Below the pieces are notes generated by a model. That model had not been told where the DNA came from. It did not search any database and saw only the letters and a list, made by a program, of their open reading frames with translations. A stretch of 64,000 nucleotides of DNA from an uncultured Acidobacteriota bacterium. GTDB lineage: Bacteria > Acidobacteriota > Thermoanaerobaculia > Multivoradales > UBA5704. The stretch covers positions 2,144,001 to 2,208,000 of the forward strand of contig OY969474.1 of NCBI GenBank assembly GCA_963700145.1, given 5' to 3'. Within the stretch, counting starts at the first letter, position 1. Every line of letters starts with the position of its first letter. Made by a program: the position numbers and the translations under genes. Shown one piece after another: positions 28,645-40,844 of this stretch.

Positions 28645-29124
28645 CCGTCATCCTGAGCGCAGCGAACCCGCAATCCAAGATCAATCGCCTGCTCCGGCAG
28701 GCGGCCTCTCGGGTAGCGGAGCCCATCACTGGGCTCCGCAAGGATCTGGGCGGTGGACTGCAAAGATCGGCTGTCCACTTCCGTCTTATCCGGAGGATGC
28801 CTTCCCACGTCTACATTCTGAGCAACGCCTCTCGCGTCCTCTACATCGGCGTCACCGCAGATCTGAGAAAGCGGCTGGAGCGGCACAAGCAGCGGCAGGG
28901 CTGTACCTTCACCAGCAAGTATCGGCTCGATCGACTGGTCTATTGCGAAGCCTTCTCGCGCATTGTCGACGCCATCGTCAGGGAGAAGCAGCTCAAAGGC
29001 TGGCTGCGAAGCCGAAAAATCGCGCTGATCGAGACGCAGAACCCAGATTGGAAAGACCTGAGCGATGAAGCGTGATGTCGGCGCATCCCCCCGCCCAGAT
29101 CCTTCGCTGCGCTCAGGATGACGG
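28645..29124 (+). mobile_element. Putative REP/TIR-bounded element carrying a GIY-YIG nuclease
   Basis: Left arm CCGTCATCCTGAGCGCAGCGAA[insert]GGATCTGGGCGG; right arm CCGCCCAGATCCTTCGCTGCGCTCAGGATGACGG is its reverse complement. Confidence 0.7.
28797..29075 (+). CDS. Small GIY-YIG nuclease (UPF0213/YhbQ-like)
   Basis: VYILSN...LYIGVTADLRKRLERHK...FTSKY...LVYCE...AIVREKQLKGWLRSRKIALIE..NPDWKDL. Confidence 0.93.
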   Translation: MPSHVYILSNASRVLYIGVTADLRKRLERHKQRQGCTFTSKYRLDRLVYCEAFSRIVDAIVREKQLKGWLRSRKIALIETQNPDWKDLSDEA

Positions 29125-29198
29125 GCTGCTTCTCCTCTGGGGCCTCCTCACCCTGCTCTTCATTTTCCACGGGTGCAGGGTGACAGCGGCGCCGCTCC

Positions 29199-31838
29199 CT
29201 ACCCCTTCGCGTCGTACCAGCTCTGCCCCCAGCCGGCGTCGACGACGAGGGGGACGCTCAGGGAGGCGACGCTTTCCATCTCCTCGCGCACGGCGGCGGC
29301 GACCGTTTCGACGTCCGCTTCCGGCACCTCGAAGACCAGCTCGTCGTGGACGGTCAGGAGGAGGCGCGCTGCGGGCCAGGCGTCGCGCAGGCGGCAGTCG
29401 ACGGCGATCATCGCCTTCTTGAGCAGGTCGGCCGCCGTCCCTTGCACGCGGGCGTTGATCGCCATCCGCCGCCCGCTCTCGCGCAGCGTGCGGTTGGCGC
29501 TCTGGGCCTCCGGCAGGAAGCGCACCCGGCCGTAGAGCGTCTCCACCCGGCCCTCGCGCTCGGCGTAGGCCAGCGTCTCGTCGAGGTACTTCCGCACGCC
29601 CGGGTACTGCGCCAGGTACTCCTTGATGAAGCGGTCGGCCTCCTTCTGCGGGATGCCCAGGTTCTGCGACAGGCCGAAGGCGCTCATGCCGTAGAGGATG
29701 CCGAAGTTGATCGTCTTGGCGGCGCGCCGCTGCTCCGGCGTCACCAGCTCCGGCGAGATGCCGAAGACGGTGCCGGCGGTGGCGCGGTGGATGTCGGTGC
29801 CGGCGGCGAAGGCGCTGATCAGCGCCTCCTCCTCGGCGATGTGGGCGAGGACGCGCAGCTCGATCTGGCTGTAGTCGGCAACCAGCAGGAGGTTGTCGGG
29901 CCCGGCGATGAACGCCTTGCGGATGCGCTGCCCCAGCTCGGTGCGGATCGGAATGTTCTGCAGGTTGGGATTGGCCGACGACAGCCGGCCGGTCGACGCC
30001 ACCGCCTGGTAGTAGCGGGTGTGGAGGCGCCGGTCGCCGTCCACCAGCACCGGGAAGGCGTCGATGTAGGTGCCCTTGAGCTTGGCGATCTCGCGATGGC
30101 GCAGCAGCAGCTCCGGCAGCGGATAGCCGCGCGCCGCCAGCTCCTCCAGCGTCTCGGCGCCGGTCGAGTAGCTCCGCGTCTTCTGCGTCCGCTTGAGCAC
30201 CGGGTAGCCCAGCTTCTCGAAGAGGATCACCCCGAGCTGCTGCGGCGAGTTCAAGTTGAAGGGCTCGCCGGCCAGCCGGTGGGCCTCGCCTTCGAGGGCC
30301 TGCAGCTCCTTGCCCAGCTCGGCCGACATCTCGGCCAGGAGATCGATGTCGAGGAGGATGCCGCGCTCCTCCATGCCGAGGAGGACGGGCAGGAGCGGCG
30401 CCTCGATCTCGCGGTAGATCGCCTCCAGCGGCGCCGCGGCGGCCAGCTCGGCGCGCATCGCCGGCACGAGCCGCCGCGAGAGGTCGATCCGCTCGCCGGC
30501 GTAGGCCGCCAGGCGCGAGTCGCCGAGCGGCGGCTCCTGTCCCTTGTCCCAGCCGATGTCCTTAGGCGAGAGGGGCTTGCGGTTGAGCCGCTCGAGCGCC
30601 AGCTCGTCGAGGGCATGGCCCTTCACCGACGGCTTGAGCAGGTAGGAGGCGAGCATCGCGTCGAAGAGCGAGGCATGGCAGAAGCGGCCGTCGGCGCAGA
30701 GGCGGAGCACTTCCTTCAGGTTGTGGCCGACGAGCGTCGTCGCGTGGTCCTCCGCCCAGCCCGCCAAGCTCTCGACCGCCGCCTCGCGCACGCCGTCGCG
30801 CCGGAAGTCGACGAAGAAGCCGCCCTCCCCGGGCCCGCCCACCGCCAGCCCCAGCGGCCGCTCCTCGCCGAGCAGCGCTACGTGCACCTCGCCGCCGGCG
30901 AGCGGCGCCGCCGCGGCGCGCCAGGCCTCGGGCGTCTCCAGCTCGGCCGCCGGCGTCAGCTCCTCGCCGGCGGCGGCGCGCGTCGGCTCGAGCTCGTCGG
31001 CGAGGGAGAAGAACTCCAGCTCGGTGAAGAGGCGGCGGAGCGCGACCGGGTCCGGCGTGGTGTGGCGGAGCTTCTCGGGCTCGAAGGGGATGGGCAGGTC
31101 GCAGTGCAGCGTCGTGAGCTTTTTCGAGAGCTGGAGGCTGTCGGCGTGGGCGCGCAAGGTCTCGCGCACCTTGGCGGGCGCCTCGTCGACGCGCGCCACC
31201 AGCTCCTCGATCGACCCGAACTGCTGGATCAGCTTCTTGGCGCCCACCTTGCCGATCCCCGGCACGCCCGGGATGTTGTCGACGGTGTCGCCGAGGAGGG
31301 CGAGGTAGTCGGCGACCTTCTCTGGCGGCACGCCGTAGTCCTGCTCCACGTCCTCGCGGCGGTACAGCTTCTCCTTGATGACGTGGAAGAAGGAGACCCC
31401 TGGCCGCACGAGCTGCATGAGGTCCTTGTCGGCCGAGACGACGATGACGTCGTAGCCCGCCTCGGCCCCCTTGCACGCCAGAGTGCCGAGGACGTCGTCG
31501 GCCTCGTAGCGCCGCTCCTCGACGATGGGGATGCGGTAGGCGTCGATGATCTGGCGGATCCAGGGCACCTGCCCGCGCAGCTCGTCGGGCATGGGGGCGC
31601 GGTTGGCCTTGTACTCTTCGAAGAGCTCGCCGCGCTCGGTGGGGCCACCGACGTCGAGGGCCACGGCCATCAGCTCGGGCTGCTGCTCGCGCAGGAGCTT
31701 GCGCAAGGTCTGGACGAAAATGTATACAGCGTTGGTGGGTTGGCCGCGGGAGGTGGAGAGGCGGGTGGGGGCGAAGAACGAGCGGTAGATGATGTAGTAG
31801 CCGTCGATGAGGACGAGGGTGGGGCGCGCGGGGGTCAT
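29199..31838 (-). CDS. polA: DNA polymerase I
   Basis: 5'-3' exonuclease motifs (YKANR, EADD, GDTVDNIPGVPGIG), motif A DYSQIELR, KTINFGILYG and TVHDEL. Confidence 0.98.
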   Translation of the reverse strand: MTPARPTLVLIDGYYIIYRSFFAPTRLSTSRGQPTNAVYIFVQTLRKLLREQQPELMAVALDVGGPTERGELFEEYKANRAPMPDELRGQVPWIRQIIDAYRIPIVEERRYEADDVLGTLACKGAEAGYDVIVVSADKDLMQLVRPGVSFFHVIKEKLYRREDVEQDYGVPPEKVADYLALLGDTVDNIPGVPGIGKVGAKKLIQQFGSIEELVARVDEAPAKVRETLRAHADSLQLSKKLTTLHCDLPIPFEPEKLRHTTPDPVALRRLFTELEFFSLADELEPTRAAAGEELTPAAELETPEAWRAAAAPLAGGEVHVALLGEERPLGLAVGGPGEGGFFVDFRRDGVREAAVESLAGWAEDHATTLVGHNLKEVLRLCADGRFCHASLFDAMLASYLLKPSVKGHALDELALERLNRKPLSPKDIGWDKGQEPPLGDSRLAAYAGERIDLSRRLVPAMRAELAAAAPLEAIYREIEAPLLPVLLGMEERGILLDIDLLAEMSAELGKELQALEGEAHRLAGEPFNLNSPQQLGVILFEKLGYPVLKRTQKTRSYSTGAETLEELAARGYPLPELLLRHREIAKLKGTYIDAFPVLVDGDRRLHTRYYQAVASTGRLSSANPNLQNIPIRTELGQRIRKAFIAGPDNLLLVADYSQIELRVLAHIAEEEALISAFAAGTDIHRATAGTVFGISPELVTPEQRRAAKTINFGILYGMSAFGLSQNLGIPQKEADRFIKEYLAQYPGVRKYLDETLAYAEREGRVETLYGRVRFLPEAQSANRTLRESGRRMAINARVQGTAADLLKKAMIAVDCRLRDAWPAARLLLTVHDELVFEVPEADVETVAAAVREEMESVASLSVPLVVDAGWGQSWYDAKG

Positions 31839-31930
31839 GGGCCGGCCATTGTATTCACCTCATGGCATGGCTCTAGCATTTTGGCGGGTCATCGGACAGG
31901 GCCACGAAAGGAGGGACTCACGTGGAAGCG

Positions 31931-32191
31931 ATGGGACTCATCTCCTGGATCGTGTTCGGCCTGATCGCCGGGCTGATCGCGAAGTTGATCATGCCGGGGC
32001 GGGACCCCGGGGGGTGCATCATCACGGTGGTGATCGGGGTGATCGGGGCGCTGCTTGGCGGCTTTATCGCCACGGCGCTCGGTTACGGGGGGATCTCGGG
32101 CTTCGACTGGCGGAGCCTGCTGATCGCCATCATCGGCGCGCTGATCCTGCTCTTCATCTGGCGGGCGATCGCCGGTCGACGACGGGTTTAG
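31931..32191 (+). CDS. GlsB/YeaQ/YmgE-family membrane protein
   Basis: WIVFGLIAGLIAKLIMPGRDPGG...GALLGG. Confidence 0.92.
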   Translation: MGLISWIVFGLIAGLIAKLIMPGRDPGGCIITVVIGVIGALLGGFIATALGYGGISGFDWRSLLIAIIGALILLFIWRAIAGRRRV

Positions 32192-32207
32192 CGTCAACCC
32201 CCCGCCC

Positions 32208-32373
32208 AGCTCTCCGGGGGGCGCTCCCCCGGGAACCGGCGCGCGCTTTTCGAGCCTGCGGGATCTGAGGCGCGCGCCTGCGCTTCGCTTCGCGCCTGGG
32301 TCGCAGTCTGACTGCGGATGAAGTTGCCAGGCGCTCGCTCAGAGCTTCCCGGGGGAGCGCCCCCCGGAGAGCT
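32208..32373. repeat. REPIN-like long inverted repeat with perfect 28-bp arms, overlapping the 3' end of the MoaB/Mog gene
   Basis: AGCTCTCCGGGGGGCGCTCCCCCGGGAA at 32208-32235 and its exact reverse complement at 32346-32373. Confidence 0.85.
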
Positions 32374-32881
32374 TCCCCCTTCTTGCTTGAGAGATCAGAT
32401 GGCCCGCTTCCGGGAGGATCAGCTCATTCAGGGCTAGGGTGACGGCCTTGGGGGAGCCGGGGAGGGCGAAGAGGGCTTTGCCGTTGGTGACGCCGGCGGT
32501 GGCGCGGGAGAGCATGGCGGCAGCGCCTACTTCCTTATAAGAAAGCATCCGGAACAGCTCGCCGAAGCCTTCTAGGGGGCGCTCGAGGAGGGGGGCTACG
32601 GCTTCGAGGGTCACGTCGCGCGGTGCCACGCCGGTGCCGCCGGTCAGGACTAGGACGTCGACCTCGGGCAGCGACAGCAGCTCGCGTGCGGCGGCGCGGA
32701 TCGCCTCGATCTCGTCGCGCACGATCCGCGCCTCGACGAACCGGTGCCCGGCGCGCTCGACGAGGTCGCGGATCGACCGGCCGCCGCCGTCGGTCTCCGG
32801 GGTCCGGCTGTCGCTCACGGTTAACGCCGCGAACCCCAACACCCTGGGCGCGTGGGCTCGGTGCTCCTCGGGGACGTCCAT
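32339..32881 (-). CDS. moaB: Molybdenum cofactor biosynthesis MoaB/Mog-family protein
   Basis: TVSDSRT..TD, TGGTGVAPRDVT, GFGELFR, AMLSRATAG and LPGSP motifs. Confidence 0.88.
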   Translation of the reverse strand: MDVPEEHRAHAPRVLGFAALTVSDSRTPETDGGGRSIRDLVERAGHRFVEARIVRDEIEAIRAAARELLSLPEVDVLVLTGGTGVAPRDVTLEAVAPLLERPLEGFGELFRMLSYKEVGAAAMLSRATAGVTNGKALFALPGSPKAVTLALNELILPEAGHLISQARRGKLSGGRSPGKL

Positions 32882-32907
32882 AGGCGGCAGGCTAGAATCG
32901 CGGGTCC

Positions 32908-35900
32908 ATGTCGCGCAAGCTCCTGCCGTCGCTCGTTCTTCTTGTACTCGCCGCGCTGCCGGCGCTGCGGGCGAACGGGGACAAGGCGGCGGGGGCGCTG
33001 CCGCCGCGGGCGTTGGAGCTGCGGACGCTGGGGCTGGCGCAGCTCGAGAACGAGCAGCCGGCGCAGGCGGCGGAGAGCTTCGGGGAGCTGGCGAGGCTGG
33101 TGCCGGGGAATCCGCTGCCGCATGCGGACCTCGCGGTGGCGCAGCTGCGGCAGCAGCAGACGGAGGAGGCGTTGGGCTCGATCGGGCGGGCGCTGGAGAA
33201 GGCGCCGGGGCGGGCGGACCTACTGGCGATCCAGGCCGAGGCGCTGCAGTGGGCCGGGCGGCCGGAGGAGGCGCTGGCGGTGCTCGAGAAGGCGATGGCC
33301 GCGGCGACCGAGAACCTCGAGGTGCTCTACGCCGCCTACCGTCAGGCGACCACCCAGGAGGGCGAGACGGCCGAGCGGGTCGCCGCGGCGGCGATCGATC
33401 GGCTCGCCCGTCTCCGTCCCGAGAACGTCGTCGTCCTGGCGCAGCTCGGCGGCCGCGCGGTGCGCCGCGGCGACCGCGCCGCCGCCACCGGCGCCTACCT
33501 GCGCATCAAGGAGCTGATCTGGCAGTCGCCGCAGGCCGAGGGGCCACTCGGGCAGCTCCTGGCGGCGCTGGAGTCGGGCGAGCCGGAGGCGGCGCGCGTC
33601 CCCGCCCTGCGGCTCGAGAACGTCCTCAAGGTCACGCCGATGTACCAGCAGGGGCTGCGCGAGCTGACCGCCGGCATCCAGGGGGTGCCGGTCGAGCGCT
33701 TCGCGAACGAGCCGCCGCCCGCGGTCTGGGGCGCGCCGGTGCCGGTCGAGCTGAAGGGAAGCGCGCTCGACGCCGCCGCGACGGTCGGGCAAGCCCTCGC
33801 CGTCGCGGACTTCGACAACGACGAGAAGCCGGACGTCGCGCGGCTCCGCGCTGGCGAGTCGCCGGCGCTGGAGGTGCGGCGGGCGGCCGGCGGCTGGGCG
33901 CCGAAGGCGGCGGGCGAAGGGCTGGACGCGAAGGGCCTGGAGGGCCTGCTCGCCGTCGACCTCGACAACGACGGGACGATGGACCTCCTGGCGTTCGGCA
34001 CCGACCGCACCGTCCTCTGGCTGGGTAAGGGGGACGGCACCTTCCAGCTCGCGCCCGAGGTGCTCTCCGCCGCGAAGGGCGCGACCGCCGCCGCGGCGAT
34101 CGATTACGACATCGAGGGCGATCTTGACCTCGCCCTCGCCGGCGGTCCCGCGCCGGCGCAACTCCTCCGCAACGCACTCGAAGGGCCGCAAGCGCCCCTC
34201 GCTTCGGTCGGCGACCGTTCCCTACCCGCTCTTTCTTGGAAAGACGTCCGCCAGCTCGTTGCCACCGACCTCGACCGCGACGGCGACCTCGACCTTCTCG
34301 CCGCCCACGCTGGCGGCCTTTCCTGGCTCGACAACCTGCGCCAGGGCCGCTTCGCCGACCGCACCGCCGCTGGCGGGCTGGAGGGCACGGGCGCCGTTCT
34401 CGCCGCCGCCAGCGCCGACCTCGACGGCGACGGCCTCTTCGACCTCGTCGTCGCGCCGGCCGCCGGCGGCCTCCGCCTCCTGCGCAACCAGGGCGGGCGC
34501 TTCGTCCCCTGGGCCGCCGCCGGGCTCCCCGCCGCTCCCGCTTTCCGCGCGGTCTTGGCCGCCGACCTCGACAACGACGGCCGCCTCGACCTCGCCGCCG
34601 CCGGCGACGGCGCCATCGTCGCGCTGGCCCGCGACGGCGAGGGCTTCCGCGCCCTCCCGCTCGCCGCCGCGCCCGCCGGCGCCGCCGCGCTGGCCGCCGC
34701 CGACCTCGACGGCGACGGCGACCTCGACCTGGTCGCCGCCGGCCCCGCCGGCCTCCACCGGCTCGACAACCAGGGCGGCAACGCGAACCACTGGCTGACC
34801 GTCCGCCTGCGCGGCTTGACCAAGGGGAACAGCAAGAACAACGTCCAGGGGGTCGGGTCGGTCGCCGAGGTCCGTGCCGGCGCGGCCTACCAGGCCCGCG
34901 AGGCCGCCGGTCCGGTCGTCCACTTCGGCCTCGGCGGCCTGGCGAAGGCCGACCTGCTGCGCGTCGTCTGGCCGAACGGCGTGCCGCAGAACCGGCTGCA
35001 GCCGGCGCTCGACCAGCGGCTCGTCGAGGAGCAGCTGCTCAAGGGAAGCTGTCCCTTCCTCTACGCCTGGGACGGCGCGCGGATGGCGTTCGTCACCGAC
35101 CTCCTCTGGGGGGCGCCCATCGGCCTGCCGGTGGCCGAAGGCGTCTGGGCGTCGGCCGACCCGGACGAGCTGGTGCGGGTGGACGGCGCGCGGCCGGAGC
35201 GCGGCGCCTACCGCCTGGCGCTCACCGAGGAGCTGTGGGAGGCCGCCTTCTTCGACCGCGTCCGCCTCTGGGTGGTGGACCACCCCGGCGACGTCGAGGT
35301 GGCGAGCAACCTGCGCGTCCTCCCCGGCCGCCGCCTCCCCGACGCGGTCCTGGCGAGCCGCGCGCTCCGCCCGGTCGCCGCCGCCTGGGACGGCGCCGGG
35401 GTGGACGTCACCGCCCGCGTCGCCCGCCGCGACGAGGTCTACGCCTCCGGCTTCGCCGAGAGCGCCTACCAGGGGGTCGCCGCGGCGCCCTGGACCTTCA
35501 CGATCGACCTCGGCGAGGCCCCCGCCGCCCCGGTGCGCCTCCACCTCGACGGCTGGGTCTTCCCCGCCGACGCCAGCTTGAACCTGGCGCTCGCCCAGCG
35601 CGCCGCGCCGGCGCAGCAGTTCCCGCGCCTGGAGGTCGAGACCGCCGGTGGCTGGCGGGAGCTGATGGCCGAGACCGGCTTCCCGGCCGGCAAGACCAAG
35701 ACGATGGTGATCGACACGCCGCCGCTCCCCGCCGGCGCCCGCCGCCTCCGCCTCGTCACCTCGCTCTGGCTGGCCTGGGATCGCATCGCCTGGACGACCG
35801 CCCCGGCCGACGCCGCGCCGCGCGTCGCCGCCCGCCTCGACCCGGCGCGGGCCGAGCTGCGCTTCCGCGGCTTCTCGCGCCTAGTGCGGAGCGCGCCGAA

Positions 35901-36288
35901 CGCGCCGCACGGCTTCGTCTACGAGGCGGCCGCGGCGGCCTCCCCCTGGCTCCCCTTCCCCGGCCGCTACACCCGCTACGGCGACGTGCGCGAGCTGCTG
36001 GCCGCCGCCGACGACCGCTCCGTCGTGATGGGCCCGGGCGACGAGGTCGCCCTGACCTTCGACGCCGCCGCCCTGCCGCCGCCCCCGCCCGGCTGGCGGC
36101 GGACGGTCTTTCTGGAGAGCCTGGGCTGGGACAAGGACGCCGACCGCAACACCTATGCGGCGGCGCAGGTCGAGCCGCTGCCGTTCAACGCCATGAGCGG
36201 CTACCCCTACGGCCCCGGCGAGCGCTTCCCGGACACGCCGCTCCACCGCGAGTACCTGGAGCGCTGGCTGACGCGGGAAGTGAAGTAA
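32908..36288 (+). CDS. Secreted TPR plus FG-GAP/VCBS repeat plus ASPIC/UnbV protein
   Basis: N-terminal TPRs, repeated DxDxDGDLD motifs, VHFGLG..VVWPNG and KGSCPFLYAWDG. Confidence 0.9.
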   Translation: MSRKLLPSLVLLVLAALPALRANGDKAAGALPPRALELRTLGLAQLENEQPAQAAESFGELARLVPGNPLPHADLAVAQLRQQQTEEALGSIGRALEKAPGRADLLAIQAEALQWAGRPEEALAVLEKAMAAATENLEVLYAAYRQATTQEGETAERVAAAAIDRLARLRPENVVVLAQLGGRAVRRGDRAAATGAYLRIKELIWQSPQAEGPLGQLLAALESGEPEAARVPALRLENVLKVTPMYQQGLRELTAGIQGVPVERFANEPPPAVWGAPVPVELKGSALDAAATVGQALAVADFDNDEKPDVARLRAGESPALEVRRAAGGWAPKAAGEGLDAKGLEGLLAVDLDNDGTMDLLAFGTDRTVLWLGKGDGTFQLAPEVLSAAKGATAAAAIDYDIEGDLDLALAGGPAPAQLLRNALEGPQAPLASVGDRSLPALSWKDVRQLVATDLDRDGDLDLLAAHAGGLSWLDNLRQGRFADRTAAGGLEGTGAVLAAASADLDGDGLFDLVVAPAAGGLRLLRNQGGRFVPWAAAGLPAAPAFRAVLAADLDNDGRLDLAAAGDGAIVALARDGEGFRALPLAAAPAGAAALAAADLDGDGDLDLVAAGPAGLHRLDNQGGNANHWLTVRLRGLTKGNSKNNVQGVGSVAEVRAGAAYQAREAAGPVVHFGLGGLAKADLLRVVWPNGVPQNRLQPALDQRLVEEQLLKGSCPFLYAWDGARMAFVTDLLWGAPIGLPVAEGVWASADPDELVRVDGARPERGAYRLALTEELWEAAFFDRVRLWVVDHPGDVEVASNLRVLPGRRLPDAVLASRALRPVAAAWDGAGVDVTARVARRDEVYASGFAESAYQGVAAAPWTFTIDLGEAPAAPVRLHLDGWVFPADASLNLALAQRAAPAQQFPRLEVETAGGWRELMAETGFPAGKTKTMVIDTPPLPAGARRLRLVTSLWLAWDRIAWTTAPADAAPRVAARLDPARAELRFRGFSRLVRSAPNAPHGFVYEAAAAASPWLPFPGRYTRYGDVRELLAAADDRSVVMGPGDEVALTFDAAALPPPPPGWRRTVFLESLGWDKDADRNTYAAAQVEPLPFNAMSGYPYGPGERFPDTPLHREYLERWLTREVK

Positions 36289-36338
36289 CCTCCGGGCTGA
36301 AACCTGGTATCCAATTCGACGTAGAACGGGACACCCGT

Positions 36339-37592
36339 ATGGACATCCCTCGTGCCGACCGCGCCCGCTCGCTCCGCATCCGCCGCATCGCGCTGGCGGG
36401 AGGCGGGATCGCGGCGCTCGCCGCCATCACCTTCGCTTCCAGCCAGTTGAAGCCGGCGGCGCCGAGCGTCGACCGCGCCGGCCTGTGGGTCGACACCGTG
36501 CAGCGCGGCCCGATGCTGCGCCAGGTGCGCGGGCCGGGGACGCTGGAGCCGGTCGAGGTGCGCTGGATCTCCGCCCCGGTCGAAGGGCGGGTCGAGCGCA
36601 TCCCCGCCCTCCCCGGTGTCGAGGTGACGCCGCAGACCGTCCTCATCGAGCTCTCCAACCCCGAGCTCGAGCAGCAGGCCTTCGAGGCCGCCTCCGACCT
36701 GCGCGCCGCCGAGGCCGACGTCGAGGACCTGCGCGCCCAGCTCGAGAGCCAGGTGCTGGCGCAGCAGGCGGCGGCCACAGTCGTGGACTCGCAGGCGCGC
36801 GAGGCGCGCCTGCAGGTCGAGGCCAACGAGGCGCTGGCCAAGGACGGCCTGATCCCGCCGCTCACCCTGCAGCTCTCCCGCCTCAAGGCCGACCAGCTCG
36901 ACAAGCAGTCCGCGATCGAGCAGCAGCGGGTGCAGAAGGCGCGCAACTCCGCCGCCGCTCAGACGGCGGCGCAGCGGGCGCGGGTGCAGCAGCTCCGCGA
37001 CCTCTACGCCCTGCGCCAGCGGCAGGTGGGGTCGCTGGCGGTGCGGGCGGCGATCGGCGGCGTCCTCCAGGAGCTGCCGGTCGAGGTCGGGCAGCGGGTG
37101 ACGCCGGGCACCACCCTGGCGCGCGTCGCCCGCCCCGAGCACCTCAAGGCCGAGCTGCGCATCCCCGAGACCCAGGCCAAGGACGTGGCGCTCGGCCAGC
37201 TGGCGCAGATCGACACCCGCAACGGCATCGTCCCCGGACGGGTGACGCGCATCGACCCCGGCGCCCAGGACGGCACCGTGCGCGTGGACGTGGCGCTGAC
37301 CGGCGCGCTGCCGCCCGGCGCCCGGCCGCGGCTCTCGGTGGACGGCACGATCGAGATCGAGCGCCTGTCCGACGTCGTCTACGTCGGCCGCCCCACCCAC
37401 GGCCAGCCCAACTCGACGATCGAGCTCTTCAAGCTGGTCGACGGCGGCAAGGAGGCGGTGCGGGTGCAGGTCCGCCTGGGCCGCAGCTCCGTCTCCACCG
37501 TCGAGGTCCTCTCCGGCCTGGTGCCCGGCGACCAGGTCATCCTTTCCGACGTCCCCGCCGCCGACGGCCGCGACCGCCTGCGCCTGGATTGA
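36339..37592 (+). CDS. Efflux periplasmic adaptor (MFP, MacA-like)
   Basis: N-terminal TM helix, VRGPGTL, coiled coil and GLVPGDQVILSD. Confidence 0.9.
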   Translation: MDIPRADRARSLRIRRIALAGGGIAALAAITFASSQLKPAAPSVDRAGLWVDTVQRGPMLRQVRGPGTLEPVEVRWISAPVEGRVERIPALPGVEVTPQTVLIELSNPELEQQAFEAASDLRAAEADVEDLRAQLESQVLAQQAAATVVDSQAREARLQVEANEALAKDGLIPPLTLQLSRLKADQLDKQSAIEQQRVQKARNSAAAQTAAQRARVQQLRDLYALRQRQVGSLAVRAAIGGVLQELPVEVGQRVTPGTTLARVARPEHLKAELRIPETQAKDVALGQLAQIDTRNGIVPGRVTRIDPGAQDGTVRVDVALTGALPPGARPRLSVDGTIEIERLSDVVYVGRPTHGQPNSTIELFKLVDGGKEAVRVQVRLGRSSVSTVEVLSGLVPGDQVILSDVPAADGRDRLRLD

Positions 37593-37621
37593 AACCTCCG
37601 CATCATCCGAGGGAGAAACGC

Positions 37622-38371
37622 ATGAACGCTTCCGACCGCTCGCTCATCCAGCTCGAAGGGGTGACCAAGGTCTTTCTGACCGACGAGGTCGAGACCCACG
37701 CCCTGTCCGGCATCCACGTCGAGATCAAGAACGGCGAGTACGTGGCCATCGCCGGCCCCTCCGGCTGCGGCAAGACCACGCTGCTGTCGATCCTGGGGCT
37801 GCTCGACACCCCCACCGACGGCGAGTACTGGCTCAACGGCAAGGAGGTGGCCAAGCTCTCCTTCTCCGACCGGGCGCGGATCCGCAACCGGGAGATCGGC
37901 TTCATCTTCCAGGCCTTCAACCTGATCGGCGACCTGACCGTCTACGAGAACGTCGAGCTGCCGCTGACCTACCGCGGCACGCCGTCGGCCGAGCGCAAGC
38001 AGCGCGTGCAGGAGGCGCTCGAGCGGGTCGAGATGGCGCACCGCATGAAGCACTACCCGTCGCAGCTCTCCGGCGGCCAGCAGCAGCGCGTGGCGGTGGC
38101 CCGCGCCGTCGTCGGCAAGCCCTCGATCCTGCTCGCCGACGAGCCCACCGGCAACCTCGACTCGCGCAACAGCGAGTCGGTCATGGACCTGCTCGGCGAG
38201 CTGCACAAGGAAGGCGCCACGATCTGCATGGTCACCCACGACCCGCGCTACGCCCGCTACGCCGGGCGCAGCATCCACCTCTTCGACGGCCGCGTCGTCG
38301 AGGAGCAGGAGGGCGAGCTGCGCAAGGTCGAGGAGCGCGAGCTGGCCGAGAGCGGCTTCGACGTGAGCTAG
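37622..38371 (+). CDS. ABC transporter ATP-binding protein (LolD/MacB-like)
   Basis: GPSGCGKT, LSGGQQQR, DEPTGNLD and VTHD motifs. Confidence 0.95.
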   Translation: MNASDRSLIQLEGVTKVFLTDEVETHALSGIHVEIKNGEYVAIAGPSGCGKTTLLSILGLLDTPTDGEYWLNGKEVAKLSFSDRARIRNREIGFIFQAFNLIGDLTVYENVELPLTYRGTPSAERKQRVQEALERVEMAHRMKHYPSQLSGGQQQRVAVARAVVGKPSILLADEPTGNLDSRNSESVMDLLGELHKEGATICMVTHDPRYARYAGRSIHLFDGRVVEEQEGELRKVEERELAESGFDVS

Positions 38372-38399
38372 GCGCGCCGGGCGCGCCGGAGGGACTGCC

Positions 38400-40843
<2,444 letters not shown>

Positions 40844-40844
<1 letters not shown>

